A stretch of 64,000 nt of DNA, taken from a virus. Shown here piece by piece: positions 43,278 to 51,957 of the stretch. Location of the stretch: the IMG/VR virus record IMGVR_UViG_3300003323_000851, positions 1-64,000 of that record, one strand, 5' to 3'. The translations under genes were made by a program, and so were the position numbers. Position 1 is the stretch's first letter; each line of letters begins with the position of its first letter. The notes beneath the pieces were generated by a model. It was not told where the DNA came from, made no database searches, and saw only the letters and a program-made list of their open reading frames with translations.

Positions 43278-43601
43278 ATGGGACTAAATATACATGTCCA
43301 TATTCACCATCACAACTCGCCGGACTTAAGCCGGATTGAGGCAAAAATTGATAAACTCATGAGCATTTCAGAGCAACAATTTACCGAAGTTTTAGGCCGT
43401 ATTGACACGGCTACATCCACTATCGCAACTAAAATTACATCCCTGCAGGACGAAATCAAAGGCGCCGGCTTGCCCGAAACTGTAGAGCAGTCTGTGTTGA
43501 GTAAACTGGGCAATATCGCTACGACCCTGGAAGGTCTGGCAAAGGACCCTGAGAATCCTACTCCTGAAGAACCAACCGAGCCCACCGAACCGCAACCATA
43601 A
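43278..43601 (+). CDS. hypothetical helical protein with His-rich N-terminus and Pro/Glu-rich tail (lone plus-strand gene)
   Basis: MGLNIHVHIHHHNSPDL...PENPTPEEPTEPTEPQP, followed by a terminator. Confidence 0.5.
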   Translation: MGLNIHVHIHHHNSPDLSRIEAKIDKLMSISEQQFTEVLGRIDTATSTIATKITSLQDEIKGAGLPETVEQSVLSKLGNIATTLEGLAKDPENPTPEEPTEPTEPQP

Positions 43602-43624
43602 TCCTGCCACGGAAATTTCATATA

Positions 43625-43645
43625 CCCCCGGTTTGTAGCCGGGGG
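43625..43645 (+). terminator. hairpin terminator between convergent genes
   Basis: CCCCCGG/CCGGGGG 7-bp stem followed by ATTTGGTGTTTT. Confidence 0.6.
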
Positions 43646-43655
43646 ATTTGGTGTT

Positions 43656-44366
43656 TTACTTGTAGATGATAACCAGCCCTGCACAACGCTCCAGTTCACG
43701 CTTGAAGATGATCTCCTTCTCGATTTGCTCCAGTTCATGCAGTTCGATTGACTCAAACCAGAAAGTGGCGCCCGCATCGGTTACATCCAGACAGATTTCA
43801 ACCTTGAAGACCCGGGATTCCTCGCCCTTGTAGATAGGAACCATCAGAGAGAAGAACTTCGGTATGTTGGTATCAACCGCTTTTTGAATAGCCTGCGACT
43901 TATTGCCCTGGTTGTCACTATTGGCATGGCCTTCAAGATTGGTCTTGAAACTGAAAGCCATGTACTGCTTCAGCAGGTCTTCCTGAACAGCAGGATCAGA
44001 AAAGTGAAGTTTGTTGAACTTCAGTATCTTGATCAACTGCTTCTGGCTATAGGTTTTCTCCTTGTTGATTGAGAATTCCTTCAATTCATCGCTGCCTTGT
44101 AGGTTCGCCTGCACAGTGGTGCCAAACTGATCGTTGGGGTTGGTTTGTAGCACGATGGTGCCCTTCTCTTTGTCCACCGTGATCAGGGTTGTGTCAGGGT
44201 CAACCTTCTGTAGGTTATCAACCGACTTGCGGCCGGCGACAAAGTTGCCAACAGAGCGAATATCTCCACTGGTAGTGATGGCGTTGGGTTCATAAATCTT
44301 GGGGGCATAACCTTCCCGCAGGATCAGTTCGCCGGGTTGTTCAAGTTTTACTGTTAGATTTTCCAT
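43656..44366 (-). CDS. hypothetical protein
   Basis: 236-aa ORF in the early-left operon. No motif recognised. Confidence 0.55.
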   Translation of the reverse strand: MENLTVKLEQPGELILREGYAPKIYEPNAITTSGDIRSVGNFVAGRKSVDNLQKVDPDTTLITVDKEKGTIVLQTNPNDQFGTTVQANLQGSDELKEFSINKEKTYSQKQLIKILKFNKLHFSDPAVQEDLLKQYMAFSFKTNLEGHANSDNQGNKSQAIQKAVDTNIPKFFSLMVPIYKGEESRVFKVEICLDVTDAGATFWFESIELHELEQIEKEIIFKRELERCAGLVIIYK

Positions 44367-44782
44367 TAGTCGTTGACTGCTTTATTGATGAATAATCGGG
44401 CTTGCTTTTCTTCGGGCTTCAGCCGGCGGCTGGAAATGAACTCACCGTATTCGTCATACGTGGTCATGATGCCCTTGTCCTGATCATCCAGGTGGAACAG
44501 GGTGCCGTCGATCAGTTCCTTTTTCATCTTAATGTCGGTAAGCAGTTTCTTGTTGGCCTCAACCAGCGGCTTTACATCTGCCTTGTAGGCGTCCTTGACC
44601 ACTTTGAACTCATCTTCCTTGTGTGAAAGATCAATCAGGTTCTTAGACAACAGCTTGTGCTTGTCTACCAGTTCTTCTTCAGTCAGTTCGCGGTAGTACT
44701 TGGTTTGCTCGCTTGATACGCAGTTGTCCTGCAGCAGCCGTAACCGCTGCTCGTTCGATAAGTCGGGAAAGAACTTTTCCAT
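44366..44782 (-). CDS. hypothetical coiled-coil protein
   Basis: 138 aa, charged and helical. Shares 1 nt with the downstream gene. Confidence 0.55.
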   Translation of the reverse strand: MEKFFPDLSNEQRLRLLQDNCVSSEQTKYYRELTEEELVDKHKLLSKNLIDLSHKEDEFKVVKDAYKADVKPLVEANKKLLTDIKMKKELIDGTLFHLDDQDKGIMTTYDEYGEFISSRRLKPEEKQARLFINKAVND

Positions 44783-44805
44783 TTGTTATTGTTTTGTGAT
44801 TAAAA

Positions 44806-45246
44806 TTACTTGATCATTTTAACATCCACCGCCTGCCCGGACTCAATCAAGCCGTCAACATCCACGCCGCGCTGTCGTAAAGCAATCAGGGCTTGGTTGA
44901 CTAATGACCAATCAAAACGATATTGGGCAGTGCGCTTCATAAAATTATCTCTGATTCCATAGTACCCGAAAGCGTCTGGGGCTATAGATGTTTCTGCTTC
45001 AATTTCAAGCCACTCAGCGTCTCCTATATCCTCCAGTCGACGCAGAGCGAGTTGGAGCAAACAATCCTCCGGCCGATAAGTGATGTGCCATTCGGGTTCG
45101 TCAATAAGCGGAGTAGTTGCGATAGTTGCATGTTTGTTTTCACCTATATAGACCAGTCGGCCCATAAGCTGTTTTGGATCGTCTCTGTAGGGCTTATGAA
45201 GCACCTTCTGCCCAATGTAGTAGTGGAGAACTTGTGAAATTTTCAT
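44806..45246 (-). CDS. hypothetical protein
   Basis: Start moved to ATG 45244-45246, which overlaps the upstream stop (ATGA). Confidence 0.5.
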   Translation of the reverse strand: MKISQVLHYYIGQKVLHKPYRDDPKQLMGRLVYIGENKHATIATTPLIDEPEWHITYRPEDCLLQLALRRLEDIGDAEWLEIEAETSIAPDAFGYYGIRDNFMKRTAQYRFDWSLVNQALIALRQRGVDVDGLIESGQAVDVKMIK

Positions 45247-45485
45247 GAGTAAAAGTGTTTGCCAAAGAATAGGCCCGCACAATAAGAACAGAAGGCCAGC
45301 TCCTTTGAATTTTTAGCAAATGAGGCGCAGGATGCAATCAGTTCACCTGACATGAAAGGAATTGTTGACAACTCCATGCTTGCCAAAGTAAAGTTCATGG
45401 CAAATTCCAGATAAATAGCACGCTCATCTGGTATCAATAATTGATCCGGCGTGTTGGGCGAATTATTGGTAATGTGGATTTTCAT
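45243..45485 (-). CDS. hypothetical protein
   Basis: 80-aa ORF overlapping both neighbouring genes by 4 nt. Confidence 0.5.
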   Translation of the reverse strand: MKIHITNNSPNTPDQLLIPDERAIYLEFAMNFTLASMELSTIPFMSGELIASCASFAKNSKELAFCSYCAGLFFGKHFYS

Positions 45486-46183
45486 CTTGATTGTTTGAAG
45501 AGGGTGTAGAGTTGCAACTTATGGTACAGTTTCCCGTCCATCTGGAACATCTCACCGTATGGCGTCACACGTTCCTGGAACCACAAGGCGAAGTCAACGG
45601 CGCTTTCCGCATCGCTTTGTTCAGGGGCGGGGGAGTCGGAGAGCCATTCACAATACTCGTAATCCTTCCAGCATTTATGAATTTCTTCAGCGGTAAGATA
45701 AGAAATATCAATCCAGCCGGATCGAGGATCGTCCCCCTTTATGCGAAATGCAAATTTCGGAGGTTCATCGTACCAATCTTCAATAGGGGGTAAATGCTTA
45801 CCGCAAGCGACCCACCTAAGCCCCTGTACTGGTTGGGCGGCTTTGGCTGCACTAAGCGCGGGAGCGATGAGCAACTGCATCATTGCTTTAAACTTTGTTC
45901 CTGTTATTACTGTGCGGCCCGCAAAATTCGAAAGACTGTCAATGTCATCGTCAATGTATTCGGAATGTTCATCCCATAACTCGTCAATATCTATGCCTTC
46001 CACCTCTCCGGAATTTCCGGACTGTTGAGGGGTGGGTGGCACGTTTCGTGATAAGTATTCTTTAGCGGACATACCACCTGCAAAAGGCTCTCCGTCCCGA
46101 AATACTGTATTCTCCTGACAATGGACGGCATAGCCAAGTAAAAGCTGTTCGAGCTGATATTGGGATAGGGTGTACTGTTCCAT
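45482..46183 (-). CDS. hypothetical protein
   Basis: 233-aa ORF with an acidic central region. Confidence 0.55.
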   Translation of the reverse strand: MEQYTLSQYQLEQLLLGYAVHCQENTVFRDGEPFAGGMSAKEYLSRNVPPTPQQSGNSGEVEGIDIDELWDEHSEYIDDDIDSLSNFAGRTVITGTKFKAMMQLLIAPALSAAKAAQPVQGLRWVACGKHLPPIEDWYDEPPKFAFRIKGDDPRSGWIDISYLTAEEIHKCWKDYEYCEWLSDSPAPEQSDAESAVDFALWFQERVTPYGEMFQMDGKLYHKLQLYTLFKQSR

Positions 46184-46336
46184 TTATTGATTGTTTTGAG
46201 GGTGAGTGTTGAAAAGAGCATCGTAAAAGTGCTCATAAACTAACCAAAGAAGATACGGAAGAATGAAAATAATAAGCCCCATACACGTAACAGTCAATAG
46301 CATTCTTTTCACCTCCTTTGGTAGTTCTCTATTCAT
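46184..46336 (-). CDS. small membrane protein
   Basis: 50 aa, read by hand: MNRELPKEVKRMLLTVTCMGLIIFILPYLLWLVYEHF. ATGA overlap with the Dam-like gene. Confidence 0.4.
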   Translation of the reverse strand: MNRELPKEVKRMLLTVTCMGLIIFILPYLLWLVYEHFYDALFNTHPQNNQ

Positions 46337-46788
46337 TGGCGTGTAGGGTTATATATTGCGATCATAGACGAAAACGGCGCGGTGAACGGCGCTCCAACAA
46401 ACCTCACTCGCCGCTTAATGAAGCGGATTTCAGCCTTTCCCCATACCCAGTCATGAAACCAGGAGGATGAGGTGCTGACGGGCAGCAACGCAACTACAGT
46501 CGGGCCGTTTCGAGATTCCTCATAGCACTTGCGCACCCATTTGTCAATGTTACCACGACTATAAGGCGGATTGACATACACCACATGACCAGACCAGCTT
46601 TGTTTCAGGCCATCTTCAGCGGGTGTGAAATACTCCTTGCACTTAGCCGTTTCGGGCATACAACATGGATCAAGCGTGAAGTGAAACTCCGCATTTAGCG
46701 TGTTGAATAGCTTAGCGGGCGTTTCCCACAGATCCTTTGAGACATGACCTGTAGATGTTGCCAATTCGGTATTAACGATCACATTCAC
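46333..46788 (-). CDS. phage-type DNA N6-adenine methyltransferase (Dam family)
   Basis: LWETPAKLFNTLNAEFHFTLDPC...VYVNPPYSRG...ALLPVSTSSSWFHDWV...IRFIKRRVRF. Confidence 0.8.
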   Translation of the reverse strand: MNVIVNTELATSTGHVSKDLWETPAKLFNTLNAEFHFTLDPCCMPETAKCKEYFTPAEDGLKQSWSGHVVYVNPPYSRGNIDKWVRKCYEESRNGPTVVALLPVSTSSSWFHDWVWGKAEIRFIKRRVRFVGAPFTAPFSSMIAIYNPTRQ

Positions 46789-47024
46789 CTCCTTCTGTTT
46801 TGAAAGGGCTTGGGAGGCGATATAATTGGCCCCGGAATATTGCCACGTGCGATTTTATTCAGGGCGGCTTCATACCGCTCTACCTTCTCTCGCAGCGCCT
46901 GGTTTTCGACGGCGTAGGGGGTGGCACCGGCTTTATAACCGTATTGTGCGTCAGGATGCGAGAACTGCTCTCGCGCCTCCTTCTCTATCCTATCTACTAC
47001 TTCGGGTGGTAATCGGTGGGTCAT
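46785..47024 (-). CDS. hypothetical protein
   Basis: 79-aa ORF overlapping both neighbouring genes by 4 nt. Confidence 0.5.
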   Translation of the reverse strand: MTHRLPPEVVDRIEKEAREQFSHPDAQYGYKAGATPYAVENQALREKVERYEAALNKIARGNIPGPIISPPKPFQNRRR

Positions 47025-47236
47025 GGGTGGGTGGTTTCGTACTCAATAGTATGCGGGCAGCTATGCGTAATGAAGTGAAGGATATTATTATCCTCATCTT
47101 TTACTATATACCCGTCAACCGGAGTCTCATCAACATATTTCCGAACGGATTCAATAGAGTTTACAGAGGCATGTCCTACACGATACTCCCTAAAACCCTG
47201 AAGTGACACAATGGTCAAAATATTAATTTTACTCAT
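47021..47236 (-). CDS. hypothetical protein
   Basis: 71-aa ORF overlapping both neighbouring genes by 4 nt. Confidence 0.5.
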   Translation of the reverse strand: MSKINILTIVSLQGFREYRVGHASVNSIESVRKYVDETPVDGYIVKDEDNNILHFITHSCPHTIEYETTHP

Positions 47237-47427
47237 CTCTTATTCTTATTAGGTTTACTCAATATAAGTTTCTCCAACCCCTCGACGGGTACTGGCTGGA
47301 CTGATCCGCCAAAGTTGTTTGCGATTCTCAAAGCTGGAGCCTTAGCCCAGTAAATGGGAAGTTGTCCATTTATCACAAGAAGTTTCCCGTCTTCATTGTA
47401 GACTACAAAGTAGTTTCGTTGTGGCAT
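47233..47427 (-). CDS. hypothetical protein
   Basis: Start moved to the internal ATG at 47427 (MPQRNYFVVYNEDGK), which avoids overlap with the zinc-ribbon ORF. Confidence 0.45.
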   Translation of the reverse strand: MPQRNYFVVYNEDGKLLVINGQLPIYWAKAPALRIANNFGGSVQPVPVEGLEKLILSKPNKNKR

Positions 47428-47431
47428 GTTA

Positions 47432-47653
47432 TTAATCTTTATTTCTTGGTCCCCTTTTCTTGCATCTCTGCTCGTGGGCGGCCGCATTTTTCTTTGCTCT
47501 GCACTCTGGACACCAATCTTTACCATCCCCACGCGACCAACCTGCTGCTCGGGCGCGCAAGCGCTGCTCGGCAAACCCGTGCGACTTGTCATCCGTTCCG
47601 AAGGTCGCGCCGCAGCCGCCGTCACAGATCAGATATGTTTCTTTGATGAGCAT
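47432..47653 (-). CDS. small zinc-ribbon protein
   Basis: CDGGC...CPEC Cys4 arrangement with a basic C-terminus. Confidence 0.5.
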   Translation of the reverse strand: MLIKETYLICDGGCGATFGTDDKSHGFAEQRLRARAAGWSRGDGKDWCPECRAKKNAAAHEQRCKKRGPRNKD

Positions 47654-47657
47654 AGTG

Positions 47658-48119
47658 TTAACAGGAATATGATATTTTAAGATACTTGTTTGGTTTCAGT
47701 TTGATGCAGAAGTAACCAGCAAACGAATCTCCTTCAAGGTTTGTTGCTCGTTGATATCCCCATGATTCGGTAATGCTGCGGCCAAATTCATTTTCTTTTC
47801 GATGGGTACCCTGGGGCGCGTGAATGATTTGCATTTTATCGCTAAGGCTTATATCCTCGGTCATGTAGCAAAGATGAGTATAAAATGTGCGGCCTTTTAC
47901 CTTCTTAATAGCACGAAATAGCCTATCGTTACAGCGCTTTATATCTGCCTCATAAGCGGCAATATTTGCCCATGCCTTTGCTTCGGCATCCCTATCATCC
48001 AGATACTTATTAATAAGATCATCTTTACACAAGTCGGGGTTCTCTTTTCGGCGATAATCCATGGTGTCAAGAAAACCACTTAGTTCCCAATATTTTTGTT
48101 GACGGTCGTAGTTACTCAT
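47658..48119 (-). CDS. hypothetical protein
   Basis: 153-aa ORF in the operon. Confidence 0.55.
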   Translation of the reverse strand: MSNYDRQQKYWELSGFLDTMDYRRKENPDLCKDDLINKYLDDRDAEAKAWANIAAYEADIKRCNDRLFRAIKKVKGRTFYTHLCYMTEDISLSDKMQIIHAPQGTHRKENEFGRSITESWGYQRATNLEGDSFAGYFCIKLKPNKYLKISYSC

Positions 48120-48361
48120 CTTTTCACTTTTTTAACCGGCGTCGTAACCCCCTTCATATTCTTCGGCTGCCCGATCGATCCATCACCCCTGTAATGCTTC
48201 GGTATGACCTTGCCGCGGGTAACAGCGAAGTTGCGATCATACAAATCGGCCACAAATAACCGCCCACCTTCGCAACGATACATGCGTACGTCGTCTTCGT
48301 CGAAATATTCCCGGATGATGCGCGGTACCAGGGTGACGGGTTTGGAGATGGAGGTGATCAT
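48116..48361 (-). CDS. hypothetical protein
   Basis: 81-aa ORF overlapping both neighbouring genes by 4 nt. Confidence 0.5.
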   Translation of the reverse strand: MITSISKPVTLVPRIIREYFDEDDVRMYRCEGGRLFVADLYDRNFAVTRGKVIPKHYRGDGSIGQPKNMKGVTTPVKKVKR

Positions 48362-48606
48362 GGCGCTTGTTTTGTGGGTTTATTGAGGCGGCCATAGAGT
48401 TCCTTAACAAAGTGGTGGCATTCCATACTACTGCCGTGAATTGCCTTCAGTAAGGACATGATGACGTCGCCCGTCGGAAAGATTGCTTCTTCGCTGATAA
48501 CCCGCACATCTTCGGGGTTTTCCATAACGATAACGAAGTGACCGGCAGCCACTAAGGCCGCCTTGTCTGCATCGTTGATCGAACCGGGTTTCACTGCGAT
48601 GATCAT
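48358..48606 (-). CDS. hypothetical protein
   Basis: 82-aa ORF overlapping both neighbouring genes by 4 nt. Confidence 0.5.
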   Translation of the reverse strand: MIIAVKPGSINDADKAALVAAGHFVIVMENPEDVRVISEEAIFPTGDVIMSLLKAIHGSSMECHHFVKELYGRLNKPTKQAP

Positions 48607-48797
48607 ACAGCCTCCCCTTTTAAAATTGCGAGCTGCTTGGTGATCTCGACCTGACGCGCGTCGATTTCATCGCTGATTTGTTGTTTCAAGGCAATCAGTT
48701 CGGGGTGGCTCATTTTAAGAACGCCAGCCAGAATCGCATCATAAGTCAATGGTTTAGGAGTCCGGTTGCGCTTCTTGGGTTCTGTTGTTTTTGTCAT
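48603..48797 (-). CDS. hypothetical protein, first gene of the early-left operon
   Basis: 64 aa with a basic N-terminus (KKRNRTPKP). Confidence 0.5.
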   Translation of the reverse strand: MTKTTEPKKRNRTPKPLTYDAILAGVLKMSHPELIALKQQISDEIDARQVEITKQLAILKGEAV

Positions 48798-48881
48798 GGT
48801 GTGTGAGTTATTTCTAACAAACCTAAAACTAATAATTGATTTAATGAAATATTTTATCTACTATTGCATAAATATATTTGT
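48798..48881. promoter_or_regulatory. divergent early promoter / switch region
   Basis: 84-bp A+T-rich gap between divergent operons. TAGGTTTG on the minus strand (48818-48825) and TATATTTG on the plus strand (48873-48880) both fit the Bacteroidota -7 box TAnnTTTG. Confidence 0.4.
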
Positions 48882-49046
48882 ATGGCAGTTATAAAGAAAT
48901 CTAAAGCGGGCCGAAAGCCGCTGGACGACAAAAAGGTTCAGATCAACCTGTATGTGTTGCAATCAGTCATAAAGCAGATTGGCAAAGAAAAATGCAGGAG
49001 TTTGTGCTACAACGCATTAGATACGGCTACAAAAAAAAGTAGATAA
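48882..49046 (+). CDS. small basic protein, first gene of the early-right operon (possible regulator)
   Basis: The first ATG is at 48882 (MAVIKKSKAGRKPLDDKKV). The ORF-track start at 48864 is TTG. Confidence 0.45.
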   Translation: MAVIKKSKAGRKPLDDKKVQINLYVLQSVIKQIGKEKCRSLCYNALDTATKKSR

Positions 49047-49117
49047 AATCTATTACGGATTCAGAATAAGCATTATCTTCACACCAGCAACGGCACAAAA
49101 GCCAGAGCGATAATATC

Positions 49118-49306
49118 ATGAAAAAGATCAAGCTCTCTAAAGAAGATCGCGAAATTTCCGAAAGCATCAAGCGCCTCAATGGATATTACGAAAATTCTAC
49201 TTTTGATTATGACTCCCTGACCGAGGATCAAAAAGCCGATCTGTTTGATAATATGCTGACTGACGGACCGGAACAAACTGTGCAATACGGAATACAACAC
49301 TTATAA
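49118..49306 (+). CDS. hypothetical acidic protein
   Basis: 62-aa ORF. Confidence 0.45.
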   Translation: MKKIKLSKEDREISESIKRLNGYYENSTFDYDSLTEDQKADLFDNMLTDGPEQTVQYGIQHL

Positions 49307-49309
49307 CTC

Positions 49310-49951
49310 ATGCGTGTCCTCATTTCACACGAAGAATCTCAGGAAGTATGTAAGGCCTTCCGCGCTAAGGGTCACGAGGCTTTTAGTTGTGATTTGCAAG
49401 ACTGCTCCGGCGGTCATCCGGAATGGCACATTAAGGGAGATGCTCTGGCCGAGTTGCACAAATCTTCTCTTAGAAAATATCACACACAGGGGCCAGAGTG
49501 CTACGACCTTGTTCTATCATTCCAGCCCTGTACAGATCTCGCCGTCAGCGGTGCCCGTTGGTTTGACAAAAAGCGCCTTTCCGGCGAGCAGGAGGAGTCA
49601 ATAAAGCACTTCTTCAATGTGTGGTACTATAGCCACTGTTCTGAAAACCCCATTGGGATCATGAACGGAGGGGAGTATATTAAGAAGTGGTTCCCCAAAC
49701 TTCACAAAACTATGCTGGATAACGGGTTTCCGTTTAAGTCCTCTCAGATCATCCAGCCGTGGATGTTCGGTCATGGTGAAACCAAGGCAACGTGTCTATG
49801 GTTGAACGATCTGCCACCATTGAAACCAACCAATATAGTAGCGGGCAGAGAACAACGGATATGGAAGATGGCACCCGGTCCCGAACGCGCTAAACTAAGA
49901 TCAAAGACCTTCCCCGGAATTGCAAAAGCAATGAGTGAGCAATGGGGATAA
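49310..49951 (+). CDS. short C5-cytosine-methyltransferase-like protein
   Basis: FQPCTDLAVSG (PC motif IV-like) and SENP (ENV-like). GETKATCLWLNDLPPL and FPGIAKAMSEQW are typical of the short phage methyltransferase family. Confidence 0.55.
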   Translation: MRVLISHEESQEVCKAFRAKGHEAFSCDLQDCSGGHPEWHIKGDALAELHKSSLRKYHTQGPECYDLVLSFQPCTDLAVSGARWFDKKRLSGEQEESIKHFFNVWYYSHCSENPIGIMNGGEYIKKWFPKLHKTMLDNGFPFKSSQIIQPWMFGHGETKATCLWLNDLPPLKPTNIVAGREQRIWKMAPGPERAKLRSKTFPGIAKAMSEQWG

Positions 49952-50048
49952 AAACTAAAACAATGAAACACACCACCCACCTCTTCCGCGCCCTTTACAT
50001 CCTGCTGATCCTTGACGCCGCAGCCGTCATCACTTCAATCATTATGTT

Positions 50049-50471
50049 ATGCAGCAAGTAAACCACCCCACCCGCTCCCAGATGCAAAGGGTTATTGATA
50101 ACCTGAAGAAAGTGTTGCCCATGGCGACGATGGAGAAGTCGTTAAACATGAATCAAACGCGAGTTAACAATCACGGCCACATTTGCGGCACCGTACACTG
50201 CTTAGGCGGTTGGTATGCGGTAGGTGTGTGCAATCTCTCTGAGGAGATAGGCTACAGAGAAGGGGCGCGCAAAATGTCCCAAGACTTGGGATTTGAAGAT
50301 GACGATTCGCTTGAAGAGTGGTGCGAAGCAAACCCGGATATTTGGGGCAACAAAAATGGATATGGAATATTCTCCGACGAGCACGCCTTCACTTCCCCCT
50401 CCCGCCCCCACGGCGCCTTTACCCTGCAACACATCATCGACCACCTGGAAGAAGTGAGGGACAGGTTATGA
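50049..50471 (+). CDS. hypothetical protein
   Basis: 140-aa ORF with an ATGA overlap with the next gene. Confidence 0.5.
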   Translation: MQQVNHPTRSQMQRVIDNLKKVLPMATMEKSLNMNQTRVNNHGHICGTVHCLGGWYAVGVCNLSEEIGYREGARKMSQDLGFEDDDSLEEWCEANPDIWGNKNGYGIFSDEHAFTSPSRPHGAFTLQHIIDHLEEVRDRL

Positions 50472-50677
50472 GCAACTCTCGCTACTGCGACATGTGCGGC
50501 TACGAACTGCTGCCCGACGAAGCAGCCACATGCTACGATTGCCGCAACGAACTGGATGAGTACGTACTGTGTAGTATGTGCTCCGGCACCGGCGAACACC
50601 ACTCCGGCAGCCCGGCACCTTGTCCGAAGTGCAAGGGGAGTGGGGAGGTGAGGAACGAACCGGAACAAGATTACTAA
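50468..50677 (+). CDS. DnaJ-type zinc-finger mini-protein
   Basis: Start at ATG 50468. CDMCG...CYDC, then CSMCSGTGE and CPKCKGSGE (CxxCxGxG repeats). Confidence 0.55.
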   Translation: MSNSRYCDMCGYELLPDEAATCYDCRNELDEYVLCSMCSGTGEHHSGSPAPCPKCKGSGEVRNEPEQDY

Positions 50678-50694
50678 ACAATAAACAACCCATA

Positions 50695-51957
50695 ATGCCA
50701 AAAGTAAAACGGATTGAGATCACCAACATTAAAGCGATCTCCAGCCAGGTAGCAGACTTCAACGGGCTGACCGCCATTATCACCGGCGGTAACAACAAAG
50801 GCAAGACAAGTTTTCTTCGTAGCCTCCCAGATAGGTTGCGCGGTATCAAGCCGGATGTTATTATTAAGACCGGTGAGAAAGAAGGTGAAGCAACTTGGGA
50901 ACTGACTACCGGCGAGAAATTCATTTGGCGGCTGTCCAAGAATGCTGAAGGTGAAGTAAAAGAAAAGCTAACCTACATAAGCGAACGCGACATTAAGTCG
51001 GCGGTTAGCAAAGAATTGATGAACCGGTATTTCCCAGCTACGTTTGACGTTGACAAATTCCTGCAAGACGGCCCGGCCAAACAACGTGCAGCCCTGCAGA
51101 AGCTGGCGGGCATTGACTTCACCGCCATTGACGCCCGGTACAAATCGGCGTATGAAGAACGCACTTGGGCGAACCGGAAAGCGGCTGATGAACAGGCAAA
51201 GGTGACCACTGTTGACATGAGCTTGCCAGAAGAAACGACACCTAAAGACGACCTGTTGGCGCAGATCAATGCGATTGATGCCCACAATCAGAAGGTCAAG
51301 ACTGTTCAGGATGGTATAGCCCTGCGCAAGGCTACTGTTGATGGAAACAACCAGACAATTGAACTCCTTCAGGCACAAATCAAGGAACTGGAAGAAAAGA
51401 ATGCTGTGCTGCAAAAGGCAGTCACCGATGGTAACGAATGGCTGGATAAACCACATAATGCATCCAAGACCGATGCCGACCGCGCGGCCCTGAATGAAAA
51501 GCTGACAGCCCTGGAGCAGCAGAATGCCAAGATCGAGAACAACAACAAAGCCCGACTGCAAGCAAAGACCTATGCCGAAGCACAGGAGGCCGCTACGAAA
51601 GCGGACGAACTGGTCAAAAGCATTGAGAAGGAGAAAGACGATCTGATACGGTCTGCAAATCTGCCGGAAGGTTTTGGCTTCAGTGACGAGGGTATTACCT
51701 ATAAGGGTCTTCCGTTTACCAAAGAGCAACTTTCTTCATCCGGTATATACATTGCCGCCCTGAAGCTGGCTGCTATGACTTTGGGTGAGGTAAAGACCCT
51801 GCACTTCGATGCGAGTTTTCTGGATAAGGCCTCTTTGCTGGAGATTGAACAGTGGGCAAACGGCCAGGACCTCCAACTTTTGATCGAACGTCCTGCATAC
51901 GAGGGTGGTGAAATTCATTACGAACTGATTCAAGGCAATGAAACGCAAAAAGTGTAA
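50695..51957 (+). CDS. SMC/RecF/SbcC-like ATPase with central coiled coil
   Basis: Start at ATG 50695 (MPKVKRIEITNIKAIS). P-loop GGNNKGKTS, a long coiled coil, and C-terminal LHFDASFLD (Walker B/D-loop). Confidence 0.7.
   Translation: MPKVKRIEITNIKAISSQVADFNGLTAIITGGNNKGKTSFLRSLPDRLRGIKPDVIIKTGEKEGEATWELTTGEKFIWRLSKNAEGEVKEKLTYISERDIKSAVSKELMNRYFPATFDVDKFLQDGPAKQRAALQKLAGIDFTAIDARYKSAYEERTWANRKAADEQAKVTTVDMSLPEETTPKDDLLAQINAIDAHNQKVKTVQDGIALRKATVDGNNQTIELLQAQIKELEEKNAVLQKAVTDGNEWLDKPHNASKTDADRAALNEKLTALEQQNAKIENNNKARLQAKTYAEAQEAATKADELVKSIEKEKDDLIRSANLPEGFGFSDEGITYKGLPFTKEQLSSSGIYIAALKLAAMTLGEVKTLHFDASFLDKASLLEIEQWANGQDLQLLIERPAYEGGEIHYELIQGNETQKV

Noticed and set aside
45991-46236. 81-aa minus-strand ORF spanning the 46183/46184 gene junction
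   Set aside because: It overlaps the N-terminus of 45482..46183 out of frame. A 50-aa TM ORF with ATGA coupling explains the gap better.
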